Under the pieces are notes generated by a model that was not told where the DNA came from, made no database searches, and worked only from the letters and a program-made list of their open reading frames with translations. From the NCBI GenBank assembly GCA_017465925.1, contig JAFTVC010000012.1, positions 2,525 to 66,524 on the forward strand: a stretch of DNA of 64,000 nucleotides. Direction: 5' to 3'. The position numbers and the translations under genes are program-made. Positions 20,370 through 29,139 of the stretch are shown here, one piece after another. Position 1 is the stretch's first letter; each line of letters opens with the position of its first letter. Source of the DNA: Clostridia bacterium. Its GTDB lineage: Bacteria > Bacillota > Clostridia > Christensenellales > UBA1242.

Positions 20370-21417
20370 CTTCTACCGCAATCGCTTTCTCAATATTTTC
20401 TATAAGTTTATTTTCTGTAAATGTAACAACTTGATTAATTGATGCATGAATTGATTTAGCCTTACTGCTTCCGTGAGATTTAATGATTAATTTTTTAGCA
20501 CCCAAGAACGGAGAACCCCCAAATGAATGATAATCAAGCATTGATTTCATATCCTTAATAGCACCTTTAAGTAATACAGCACCAACTTTTGTTTTTAAGT
20601 TTTTAAGGAAACCTTTTTTCATAACGCTCATTAAAAGTTGTGCAGTTCCTTCAACAGACTTAATAAGAACATTTCCAGCAAATCCATCACAAACAATAAC
20701 ATCATAATCGCCAGATAAAGCATCTCTCGCTTCCATATTCCCAACAAAATTTAAATTACTTTCTTTTAGTAATGCAAATACTTTCTTTGTTAATTCATTT
20801 CCCTTTGCATCTTCTACACCAACACTTAAAAGTGCAATTCTTGGATTCTCAACTCCTAAAACTATTTTCATATAGGCATTGCCCATTTGTGCAAATTGCA
20901 ATAAATTATATTCATCACAATCCATATTCGCACCACAATCAATAACTAAAACTTGTTTGCCATTAATAGTTGGTAAAGCCGGTGCTAGTGCAGGACGCTT
21001 AATACCTCTAATTCTTCCAAGCTTTAAAAACCCAGCAGTAAGGACCGCACCTGTACTTCCCGCAGAAACAAGTCCAACACTTTCTTCATCATTTTTTAAT
21101 TTATCAACCGCTTTAACTAAACTACTATCTTTTTTTGTCTTTACTGCAACAACTGGTGCTTCATCACAACTAATAACTTCTTTTGCATCAGATATTAAAA
21201 TCCTACTACATAATTCATCTCTATCAATTTTTTTATTACTGAAAAATTTATTAGATTTACTTTCTTCTATAACCTCAGCCAAAACTTTTTTAATAATATC
21301 TTCATCACCAAATAATTCTATTATTAAATCCTTATGCTCTTCAAGAGCCAATAAAGAACCTTTTATTATTTCCAATGGAGCATTATCTCCACCAAACGCA
21401 TCTACTAATACTTTCAT
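20356..21417 (-). CDS. plsX: Phosphate acyltransferase PlsX
   Basis: MKVLVDAFGGDNAP N-terminus. Start set at the ATG 5 nt after GGGAG. Confidence 0.93.
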   Translation of the reverse strand: MKVLVDAFGGDNAPLEIIKGSLLALEEHKDLIIELFGDEDIIKKVLAEVIEESKSNKFFSNKKIDRDELCSRILISDAKEVISCDEAPVVAVKTKKDSSLVKAVDKLKNDEESVGLVSAGSTGAVLTAGFLKLGRIRGIKRPALAPALPTINGKQVLVIDCGANMDCDEYNLLQFAQMGNAYMKIVLGVENPRIALLSVGVEDAKGNELTKKVFALLKESNLNFVGNMEARDALSGDYDVIVCDGFAGNVLIKSVEGTAQLLMSVMKKGFLKNLKTKVGAVLLKGAIKDMKSMLDYHSFGGSPFLGAKKLIIKSHGSSKAKSIHASINQVVTFTENKLIENIEKAIAVEDDND

Positions 21418-21602
21418 ATTTTCTCCCACATTGTATAATGATTCATTTAATTTTTTATTTTATGTTAACAAACTAACAACACAATTAAACTTATAATAAC
21501 ATTAAACCTATTTACTGCTTTTATAAATTTAATTATGACAAATAATTATATCATAAATATTTTGATTTAACAACGATTTAAGGCACTTTTATAAACTAAA
21601 CA

Positions 21603-21630
21603 ACAAAAAAATAACAGTATTAACTGTTAT
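21603..21630 (-). terminator. Intrinsic terminator after rpmF
   Basis: Minus strand reads ATAACAGT-TAAT-ACTGTTAT followed by TTTTTTGTTG. Confidence 0.7.
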
Positions 21631-21638
21631 TACTTGTC

Positions 21639-21821
21639 TTATTCACTTTTTGCCTTTACTGGTTTGCCATTAAAGTAACCGCAGTGAGAGCAAACTTTGT
21701 GAGATTCTTTCATTTCATGACAATGACTACATACAACAAGTGTAGGTGCAGTAGCAAAAGAATTAGCACTATGTCTTTTATTTCTTCTAGCTTTTGAAAC
21801 TTTCTTTTTAGGTTCTATCAT
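21639..21821 (-). CDS. rpmF: 50S ribosomal protein L32
   Basis: 60 aa. KKKVSKARRNKRHS plus CxxC...CxxC. Start at the ATG preceded by GGAGGA. The track ORF is extended upstream. Confidence 0.9.
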   Translation of the reverse strand: MIEPKKKVSKARRNKRHSANSFATAPTLVVCSHCHEMKESHKVCSHCGYFNGKPVKAKSE

Positions 21822-21961
21822 TTTTATTCCTCCGTATTTATTCACCAATTATTAGGTGTTATTTTTCAATATACCTATGCATTATAGTAAAAAGTTAATC
21901 AAAAGTCAAGTATTAAATCAAAATTTTTTAAAAATTATTAATTAAAAGTTGCAAACAAATT

Positions 21962-22759
21962 TTACTCGCAATCACAATTAATAAATTTGCAAATTAATTG
22001 CTCTTTATAAGATTTAGCCTGCTCATAGCCTTGTTCAAATGCTTTTTGTGCGTTTTCAAGATTAAAGTTTATCATAGAAACATCTTTCAAATGAAGTTGA
22101 ATTAAAAGGTCAGTTTTTATTTTTGTCTGCACTAGTTCTTTTTGAGAAAGGTTAATAGTATTAATAAGACAATGCAGTAAAGATTTTTGTTCTAGCATTA
22201 TCAAATCATAATCAATTAAATTTACCGCAATATTACTACTCTCTCCCATTTTAAAAGCCAATTCAGTCGGCACGTTATCCATAACTCCACCATCAATAAA
22301 TTTTTTATCATCTATTTCAAAAGGCTGAAAAATTGATGGCACTGATATACTTGCACGAACCGCTTGCCATAACAATCCAGAAGTAAACTCACATAACTCG
22401 CCTTTATTTAAATCAACAGCAACACAACCAAATTTAATAGGCAAGTCTTCTATTTTTATTTCCCCGAATAATTCTTTCAAATAATTATTTATTTTATCAC
22501 TTCTAAGTAATGATTCAGACATTATAGGAAAAATTTTAAAGTCTAAAATTTTGAAATTATTAAAATCTTTAATCAAATCAAATATTTCATCAATACTTTT
22601 CCCACTCGCATAAACGCCACCAATCAAAGCCCCTATTGAAGTACCACAAACAACATTAGGCTTTAATCCTAATTCTTCTAAATATTTAATAACTCCTAAA
22701 TGTGCAAATCCTAACCCAGCACCCCCACCTAAAACAAGGGCAAAACTTTTACAATTCAT
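21962..22759 (-). CDS. Patatin-like phospholipase
   Basis: Oxyanion GGGAGLG, nucleophile elbow GTSIGA and a DGG Asp dyad motif. Start chosen at MNCKSFALVLGGG. Confidence 0.85.
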   Translation of the reverse strand: MNCKSFALVLGGGAGLGFAHLGVIKYLEELGLKPNVVCGTSIGALIGGVYASGKSIDEIFDLIKDFNNFKILDFKIFPIMSESLLRSDKINNYLKELFGEIKIEDLPIKFGCVAVDLNKGELCEFTSGLLWQAVRASISVPSIFQPFEIDDKKFIDGGVMDNVPTELAFKMGESSNIAVNLIDYDLIMLEQKSLLHCLINTINLSQKELVQTKIKTDLLIQLHLKDVSMINFNLENAQKAFEQGYEQAKSYKEQLICKFINCDCE

Positions 22760-22807
22760 AATACCAAAATTCCTATCATATATAAATAAAATAAAGGACA
22801 AGCAGAA

Positions 22808-23776
22808 GTGAAAATGAAATCATTATCAAAAAAACAAACAAACACTAAAAATTTGATAAAAAAAATAGTTACATTTCAAAACATAGTTTGCATTGTAATT
22901 GTATATTTAATGATTGCTTTGGTCATATCCCCAGCACATTATATAAATTCAGCAAACGAAGGCATAATGCTATGGGCAAATAATTTATTACCTGCATTAT
23001 TTCCATTTTTCATACTTACAAAACTTTTGATGGAAATGGATATCCTAGAACCTGCGACAAGATTTCTATCTCCTGTAATGAAAAAGATATTTAACACAAG
23101 TAGCAATTCTAGTTATCTATTTGTCATATCAATTTTGAGTGGTTACCCAGTTGGTTCTAAAATAGTAGCAGACGCATATTTATCTGGCAAAATTAATTAT
23201 ACTGAACTACATAGGTTAGTAACCTTTACTTCTGTATCTGGCCCTTTATTTATTATTGGCACAGTAGGAATAAATATGCTTACAAATAGTTATTGCGGAT
23301 ATTTTATTTTAATATCACATATTTTATCAGCAATACTAAATGGAGTGTGTTATAAAAATTACACACCAAAGAGATTGTATGAAATAAAGATTGAAAACAG
23401 CAATAAAACAACAAAAAGCATTCTAACTTCATCAGTTAAAAACGCTATTGATTCAATCCTGCTTATAGGTGGATTAGTTTGTTTATTTTATGTTGGAATG
23501 GATGCTATTTCACAAATTATTACCCTACCGCCAATCTTCCAAGGTATTATAGAAATCACAAAGGGTTGCTATGAAATAAGCATATGTAATTTAAGTTTAG
23601 ACTTAAAAACTATTTTATGCACTGGCATTATAACTTTTGGCGGATTTTGCATCCACGCACAAGCAATGTACTTTTTAAAAGAATGTAATGTATCTTATAA
23701 ATTTTTCTTAATCCAAAAATTAACACAAACCTTGTTTTCAGTTTTGATATGCTCAATTTTAGTTTTAATTTTTTAG
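22808..23776 (+). CDS. YlbJ-like sporulation integral membrane protein (nucleoside-recognition/Gate domain)
   Basis: 322 aa polytopic protein. N-terminal GIMLWANNLLPALFPFFILTKLL resembles YlbJ. The GTG versus ATG (22814) start is unresolved. Confidence 0.5.
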   Translation: MKMKSLSKKQTNTKNLIKKIVTFQNIVCIVIVYLMIALVISPAHYINSANEGIMLWANNLLPALFPFFILTKLLMEMDILEPATRFLSPVMKKIFNTSSNSSYLFVISILSGYPVGSKIVADAYLSGKINYTELHRLVTFTSVSGPLFIIGTVGINMLTNSYCGYFILISHILSAILNGVCYKNYTPKRLYEIKIENSNKTTKSILTSSVKNAIDSILLIGGLVCLFYVGMDAISQIITLPPIFQGIIEITKGCYEISICNLSLDLKTILCTGIITFGGFCIHAQAMYFLKECNVSYKFFLIQKLTQTLFSVLICSILVLIF

Positions 23777-23990
23777 TATTTATGCAACTTGTTATCAACC
23801 ATTTTTGTAACAAGCCATTATAAACCAAATCAAGATTTTCAAACTTAAATAAATGAATTTTGATAAAAATATGCCTTAAATTTACCCTATTTCCGTTCAC
23901 TAATTAAATCTTTAAATTTAAATTATTAACAATAAACAACCATAATATTTGATATAATAAACATTTGTACGCAAACAAAAATATTATAAC

Positions 23991-24016
23991 GCAAAAAGGA
24001 CTAACATTATTAGTCC
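23991..24016 (-). terminator. Intrinsic terminator downstream of yloV
   Basis: Minus strand reads GGACTAA-TAATG-TTAGTCC followed by TTTTTGCG. It lies beyond repeat modules X1/W1. Confidence 0.6.
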
Positions 24017-24040
24017 ATTTTCGCATTTTATGCTTAATAT

Positions 24041-24192
24041 ATAATTATGTGTCGTAGAAATTTTAGAAACTAAAATTTCTTATAAAATCCAAGATTTTAT
24101 CCTAAAACAGCCGTTTTAGCGACACAATTTGAATTATGTTTGTCGGCCAAATGAGAAAGTAAACTTTCTCGCTATCCCAACTTCACATAATA
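24041..24192 (+). repeat. Modular hairpin repeat, locus A: module X1 (24049-24125) + linker AATTTGAATTA + module W1 (24137-24192)
   Basis: X1 is about 85% identical to 28599-28676. W1 resembles 28435-28496. X folds as a GTGTCG/CGACAC closing stem around three hairpins. Confidence 0.8.
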
Positions 24193-24198
24193 TTAATT

Positions 24199-25839
24199 TT
24201 ATTCAACAGAAACTAAATAGTAATAAATTGGTTGTCCACCATTTATTATATTTACATCACATAGCGGATACTTGCTTTCAAGTTTTTCTTTGACGCTTTC
24301 TGCTTCACTTTCTTCTATTTTATCACCATAGAATAAAGTTATATTAATTGATTCATCATCAACTAATTTATCTACTAATTGTATTGTAGCATCTTCAATA
24401 TCTTTTGATTTTGCTACAATCTTTTTATTATTCAAACCAATAATTTCCCCTGCTTCCAACTCAAAGCCATCAATTTCAATATTTTTAACAGCATAAGTTA
24501 CAGAACCGCTTTTAACTTTTTCAAAAGATGCTTTTAATGCAAATAAATTATCTTCAAGTGTAGCATCTGGGTTAAATGCTAAACATGACGCAATACCTTC
24601 TGGAATACTTCTTGTTGGTATAACGTGTATTACTCTATTTTTTACTAAATCTTGTGCTTGTTCTGCTGCTAAAATTATATTTTTATTATTTGGGAAAATA
24701 AATATATCTTTTGCATCAACACTCATTACTGCTTTTGCAATATCATTAGCGCTAGGATTCATAGTTTGTCCACCACGAATAATATAGTCGCATTGAAGTT
24801 CATCAAACACTTCTGAAATACCATCACCAGGAGATACTGCAACCATACCAAATGGTTTTAATTGTTTTTGTGTTATAGTTGATTTGTTTCTTACAACACG
24901 GTTTTGTTCAACCATATTTTCAATTTTCAAATCATAAAGTTCTCCCATTTCAAGAGCATAACCCAAAGCCTTATTAGGTTCATTTGTATGAACGTGGACT
25001 TTAACCATAGTTAAATCCCCTACACAAATAACACAATCTCCTAATTGTAGCAATTTTTCTCTTAACTTATCAATATCGCTTTCAGTTGTCTTTGGTTTCA
25101 TTTGAATAACCTTAAATTCTGTACAATATGCAAATTCAATTTCTTCCATAACATCTAAACTTGCGTGGAATGCTTCATTTGCATCCATACCCACATTGTC
25201 ATCAAAAGAATATTCAAAAGTTGTATCGTCTGACAGAGCCTTCCAACAACCAGTAAAGAATACAATTAAACCTCTACCACCAGCATCAATAACTCCTGCC
25301 TTTTTAAGTACTGGCAACATTTCTGGCGTCTTTTGTAATACTTCTTCACCATCTTTCAAGATTAACTCAAAAAACTCATCAAAATCACTTACTTTCTTTG
25401 AAATGCTTTGCGCACTTTCTGCAAGTGCTCTAATAATTGTAAGCATTGTTCCTTCTTGTGGTTTAGTAACTGCCTTATAAGCAATTTCACTACCTTCTTT
25501 TAACGCTTTGGCAAAAACCTTAGTTGTAACATTTTCTGTTTGTCCTACAACTGTTGAAATACCTTTTAAAACTTGCGATAAGATAACTCCGCTATTACCT
25601 CTTGCTCCTTTTAAAGCACCTCTTGCTATTGCTTGACTAACATCTTCTAAACTATTAGTAGCACAATTATTAACTTCTGTCGCTGTTGACTTTAATGTTA
25701 AGAACATATTAGTACCTGTGTCAGCGTCCATTACCGGATAAACATTTAATATATCAATCGCTTGTTTGCTCTCCTCTACAAAACTAGCACCAGCAATAAT
25801 CATTTTTTTTAGGGTCGCCCCATTTATATTTTTAAGCAT
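24199..25839 (-). CDS. yloV: DAK2 domain fusion protein YloV
   Basis: N-terminal DhaL-like VYPVMDADTGTNM plus a C-terminal DegV-like part. Start chosen at MLKNINGATL, in line with Bacillus YloV. An Asp23 gene lies upstream as in Bacillus yloU-yloV. Confidence 0.85.
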   Translation of the reverse strand: MLKNINGATLKKMIIAGASFVEESKQAIDILNVYPVMDADTGTNMFLTLKSTATEVNNCATNSLEDVSQAIARGALKGARGNSGVILSQVLKGISTVVGQTENVTTKVFAKALKEGSEIAYKAVTKPQEGTMLTIIRALAESAQSISKKVSDFDEFFELILKDGEEVLQKTPEMLPVLKKAGVIDAGGRGLIVFFTGCWKALSDDTTFEYSFDDNVGMDANEAFHASLDVMEEIEFAYCTEFKVIQMKPKTTESDIDKLREKLLQLGDCVICVGDLTMVKVHVHTNEPNKALGYALEMGELYDLKIENMVEQNRVVRNKSTITQKQLKPFGMVAVSPGDGISEVFDELQCDYIIRGGQTMNPSANDIAKAVMSVDAKDIFIFPNNKNIILAAEQAQDLVKNRVIHVIPTRSIPEGIASCLAFNPDATLEDNLFALKASFEKVKSGSVTYAVKNIEIDGFELEAGEIIGLNNKKIVAKSKDIEDATIQLVDKLVDDESINITLFYGDKIEESEAESVKEKLESKYPLCDVNIINGGQPIYYYLVSVE

Positions 25840-25999
25840 AAAATGCAATTCCTCCAACTTAAATTAATATGCTAAATTATTTTGCTATATGGTTGCATAT
25901 TAATAATATTACTTCACACTCTATTTATTTTTTACTTTTAATTTTTCACTTTATTTAAAAACGCAAAAAGCACCAGTAATCTATTACTGCTTTAATTTG

Positions 26000-26353
26000 C
26001 TATATACGAATGTCCTTTATATGAACATCTACATTATCTACAATCATTCCTGTAAAATCTTCCACATTGTATTTAATGCTATCTTTTAAGTTTTTAGCAA
26101 CAGCAGAAATAGACACCCCGTACTTCAAGATTACATAAACCTTGATTTCTATCCTATTGTTGTGTGCTTTAACTTTAACCCCTTTATGCTTTCTGTAAGA
26201 CTTACAAAATAATTCTCTTATAGTCTCAAAAAAACCAGTAGAACCAACATCTACTACTCCGTAGCACTCTTTTGTACAGTTATAAACAACATGCGCTATT
26301 GATTTTTCAGTTATGGTAATTTTGCCATAAGCATTAGTAGTCTTACTTAACAT
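26000..26353 (-). CDS. Asp23/Gls24-family protein (YloU-like)
   Basis: 117 aa. Lies upstream of yloV and divergent from rpmB, the conserved Firmicute arrangement. Confidence 0.8.
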   Translation of the reverse strand: MLSKTTNAYGKITITEKSIAHVVYNCTKECYGVVDVGSTGFFETIRELFCKSYRKHKGVKVKAHNNRIEIKVYVILKYGVSISAVAKNLKDSIKYNVEDFTGMIVDNVDVHIKDIRI

Positions 26354-26454
26354 TCAGCATTCTCCTAAGATAGATTTTACTATTATATATTACTACAAAT
26401 ATTTCAATAATGCAAGTGTTATATAAAAAATTTATAAAATAATCACAAAAACTA

Positions 26455-26483
26455 TTGCAATAATTGTATTTTTTTGATAAGAT
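26455..26483 (+). promoter_or_regulatory. Candidate SigA promoter of rpmB
   Basis: TTGCAA-N17-TAAGAT, about 40 nt upstream of the AGGAG-ATG of rpmB. Confidence 0.35.
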
Positions 26484-26522
26484 ATAGTAGTTGAAATGTA
26501 AAATTAATAAAGGAGATATATA

Positions 26523-26708
26523 ATGAGTAGAGTTTGTAGTATTTGCGGTAAAGGCAAAATGAAAGGTAATCAAGTTAGTAATAGTAATATTAAGACTTTA
26601 ACACCAAGAAGTGCAAATCTTCAAAAGAAAACTATTGTTTTAGATGGTAAAGAAGTAAATGCTTATGTTTGTACTAAATGTATGAAGACTGCTAAAAAGA
26701 ATGGTTAA
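26523..26708 (+). CDS. rpmB: 50S ribosomal protein L28
   Basis: 61 aa, MSRVCSICGKGKMKGNQVSNSN. Confidence 0.93.
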   Translation: MSRVCSICGKGKMKGNQVSNSNIKTLTPRSANLQKKTIVLDGKEVNAYVCTKCMKTAKKNG

Positions 26709-26714
26709 TAAATT

Positions 26715-26738
26715 TCTAGCATTATGCTAGATTTTTTT
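26715..26738 (+). terminator. Intrinsic terminator after rpmB
   Basis: TCTAGCA-TTA-TGCTAGA followed by TTTTTTT. Confidence 0.75.
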
Positions 26739-26902
26739 ATTACATTACCATATTGAAACATTTTAGAATAATATAATTAAGATAAGTTTCTACTTTTAAT
26801 TCTTTTTCTTATTATTCGTTTGACAATACTTTAAATAAATTATATCATTAAATTATGGCTTTTATTAACGCAATAATAATAAAACCAAAAAGGAGCAGTT
26901 AA

Positions 26903-28198
26903 ATGAATATTCTTGAAATAATTGATAAAAAAAGAATTAATCAACCTTTAACAAAAGAAGAAATAACATATTTTATTGAAAATTATGTAAACGGAAATAT
27001 AAAAGATTATCAAGCAAGTGCCTTGCTTATGGCAATTTGCATTAACGGAATGAATGAAGAAGAAACATTCAACTTATGTGATGCAATGCTTAAATCTGGT
27101 GAAATTGTAGATTTAAGTTATGTAAACGGCATTACAGTAGACAAACATTCAAGTGGAGGTGTAAGTGATACAACATCAATAGCACTTATCCCTATTCTTG
27201 CCTGTGCCGGTCTTTGCTCTGTTAAAATGAGCGGTGCAGGACTAGGATTTACAGGTGGCACAACTGATAAACTTGCTTCATTTCAAGGCATAGATTTGCA
27301 AATAAGCCAAGATAAAATTAAAGAAATTATAGGAAAATGCGGTTGTATAATAGTTTCCCAATCACAAAATCTTGTCCCTGCTGATAAGAAACTTTATGCT
27401 TTGCGAGATACATCTTCAACAATTCAAAGCATTCCACTTATAGCGACTTCAATTATGAGTAAAAAAATTGCATCTGGTAATGATATAATATTTTTAGATG
27501 TTAAAACTGGAAAAGGTGCATTTATGGAAAATGCACAAGATGCAAAGGTACTTGCGGAAACTTTGATTAAAATTGGCTCTAAATACAATAAAAAGGTGGC
27601 TACCCTTATTTCTGATATGAACGAACCATTAGGCAATGGAATCGGCTGTTATTTAGAGATTTTAGATGCTATTGATGTGCTTAATGGCAAACCTAGTAGA
27701 CTTTATGATTTAGTTAAGTTTATGGCAGTGAAAATTATGGTTTTGTCAGAACAATATAGTGAAGAAAGTGCTACACAAAAATTTGATGAAATTATAGAAA
27801 GCAGACAAGGCTATCAACGTTTATTATCTATGGTAGAACTTTTAAACGGAAATATTGAAAGCATCAAAACAATGCAATCTTTAACCCCTACTACAACTAT
27901 TTATGCTAAATATAATGGCTATGTAGAATCAATAAATGCAAAAGAATTAGGACTTCTTGTTTGTGATATGGGTGGTGGAAGAAAAGAACTTGACGACAAA
28001 ATTGACCATTCAGTTGGCGTTAAAATATTAAAGCACATAGGAGATAAGGTGCAAAAAAATGAACCTATTGCACTAATCTATAATACAAATCAAAAGTTAA
28101 GTGAAAATTTAGTTTGCGATAGACTTGAATCTGCCATAACAATAACTACAAAGAAAGTAGAACCAACTTTACTTATAAAAGAATATAAACACAATTAA
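26903..28198 (+). CDS. pdp: Pyrimidine-nucleoside (thymidine) phosphorylase
   Basis: 431 aa. Motifs VDKHSSGGVSDTTS and SIMSKKIA are family hallmarks. Confidence 0.92.
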   Translation: MNILEIIDKKRINQPLTKEEITYFIENYVNGNIKDYQASALLMAICINGMNEEETFNLCDAMLKSGEIVDLSYVNGITVDKHSSGGVSDTTSIALIPILACAGLCSVKMSGAGLGFTGGTTDKLASFQGIDLQISQDKIKEIIGKCGCIIVSQSQNLVPADKKLYALRDTSSTIQSIPLIATSIMSKKIASGNDIIFLDVKTGKGAFMENAQDAKVLAETLIKIGSKYNKKVATLISDMNEPLGNGIGCYLEILDAIDVLNGKPSRLYDLVKFMAVKIMVLSEQYSEESATQKFDEIIESRQGYQRLLSMVELLNGNIESIKTMQSLTPTTTIYAKYNGYVESINAKELGLLVCDMGGGRKELDDKIDHSVGVKILKHIGDKVQKNEPIALIYNTNQKLSENLVCDRLESAITITTKKVEPTLLIKEYKHN

Positions 28199-28231
28199 AA
28201 CTGATACAAAAAAACTAGTATCAGTTTTTTA
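28197..28231 (+). terminator. Intrinsic terminator after pdp
   Basis: ACTGATAC-loop-GTATCAGT followed by TTTTT. Confidence 0.75.
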
Positions 28232-28343
28232 TGTGTTAAATATTATGTCTTACTATTTTTCAACCACAACATCTATTATTTATTAAATATCAACAAAAAA
28301 CTTTAAACAGAGTCATTTAATCAATAAAAGGTGCATATATAAA

Positions 28344-28426
28344 CTATAAGAAGTAAATATTTTAACAAGTAAAATATTTGTTGCTTTTCGCAACTGCTAC
28401 TGCTTTCGCATTACCACTTCTTATAG
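28344..28426 (+). repeat. Modular hairpin repeat, module V1 (intact)
   Basis: Terminal inverted repeat CTATAAGAAGT/ACTTCTTATAG encloses hairpins AAATATTTTA-ACAAG-TAAAATATTT and GTTGC-TTTTC-GCAAC. Confidence 0.8.
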
Positions 28427-28434
28427 TTTGAAAC

Positions 28435-28496
28435 TTCGTCAGTCGGTCAAATGTGAATCCAAGCATTCCCGCTCTCCCGACTTCCTCGTTATAAAC
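28435..28496 (+). repeat. Modular hairpin repeat, module W2
   Basis: GTCGGTCAAATGTGAA...CCCGACTTC is related to W1 at 24137-24192. It is preceded by the linker TTTGAAAC. Confidence 0.6.
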
Positions 28497-28533
28497 TTTG
28501 TTCTAAACAACTAAATGTTTTTTTAGTAGAATT

Positions 28534-28768
28534 AGAAGTAAATATTTTAACAACTAAAATATTTGTTGCTTTTCGCAACTGCTACTGCTTTAAATTATGT
28601 GTCGTAGAAATTTTAAGAAATTAAATTTTCTTATAAAATACAAGATTTTATTCTAAAACTGCCGTTCTAGCGACACAATTTGAATTAGGCGTCGTTTATA
28701 TCAAATACAAATACAAGTTTTTGTGCTTGCATAAACTTCCTATAATACCGCACTACCACTTCTTATAG
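28534..28768 (+). repeat. Module V2 split by insertion of X2 (28599-28676) + linker + Y1 (28688-28747)
   Basis: 28534-28591 matches V1 up to GCTACTGCTTT. 28749-28768 (CGCACTACCACTTCTTATAG) matches the V1 continuation CGCATTACCACTTCTTATAG. The 157 nt between are X and Y modules that are also found elsewhere. Confidence 0.85.
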
Positions 28769-28797
28769 TTTAAAATATAATCAGTTATTAGAAAATT

Positions 28798-28953
28798 ATG
28801 GACCATATTGAATTAAGTATTCTAGCACTAACAATGGCAAAAGAGATATATTCAACATCATGCAAAGAAGATATTTGCGAAATGATAAAATTTCTCAACC
28901 TACTTATAAATAACTTACAATTTATGTTATGTGATAAGGACAAGAAGAATTAA
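28798..28953 (+). CDS. Small hypothetical ORF (51 aa, helical)
   Basis: ATG to TAA, MDHIELSILALTMAKEIYSTSCKEDICEMIKFLNLLINNLQFMLCDKDKKN. Below the ORF-track cutoff. No clear SD. Function unknown. Confidence 0.25.
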   Translation: MDHIELSILALTMAKEIYSTSCKEDICEMIKFLNLLINNLQFMLCDKDKKN

Positions 28954-28962
28954 TTGAAAGTA

Positions 28963-28990
28963 ACAAAGGTAAATGTTTTATCATACTATA
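28963..28990 (+). promoter_or_regulatory. Candidate mother-cell (SigK/SigE-like) promoter upstream of the 214-aa gene
   Basis: AC-N17-CATACTATA fits the SigK pattern AC-N16-17-CATAnnnTA. It lies about 150 nt upstream of the ATG. Confidence 0.2.
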
Positions 28991-29139
28991 TAATGTAAGA
29001 AATTTGATTTATTGTCTTAACAAAATAGACAGCAGTTAACATTTATCTTGGCTACTCTATTACATTTCTTACAACAAAAAATCAATGAAAAAATATATCA
29101 TTGTAGTGTTATTAATTATAATACGAAAGGAGAAATTTA

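Noticed and set aside
22760-22801. N-terminal extensions offered by the ORF track, for example patatin MSFILFIYDRNFGI. The same applies to asp23 at 848-871, efp at 6712-6723, rpmF at 21822-21848, yloV at 25840-25857, mraZ at 57158-57178 and csm6 at 61978-62019
   Set aside because: In most cases the extension reads through or begins within the Shine-Dalgarno sequence of the internal start; for asp23 it begins at a GTG upstream of the SD and reads through it. For patatin the weak AGGA lies upstream of the extension, and the trim rests on the family N-terminus. In every case the family-typical N-terminus begins at the internal ATG or GTG.
23628-23900. 90-aa ORF on the minus strand overlapping the ylbJ-like 3' end
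   Set aside because: It is antisense to a well-supported membrane-protein gene and runs into AT-rich intergenic DNA. Composition is K/L/I-rich and typical of random AT-rich frames. No SD.
24049-24125. Module X (77-78 nt, closing stem plus three hairpins) as a tRNA or tRNA-like gene
   Set aside because: Stem lengths are 10, 8 and 7 bp against the tRNA 4/5/5. There are no conserved D- or T-loop nucleotides, and the closing stem is 6 bp with no discriminator/CCA context.
26343-26573. 76-aa minus-strand ORF across the yloU/rpmB divergent promoter region
   Set aside because: It overlaps the rpmB start and promoter. The composition is low-complexity and I/N/Y/F-rich. It is an artefact of AT richness.
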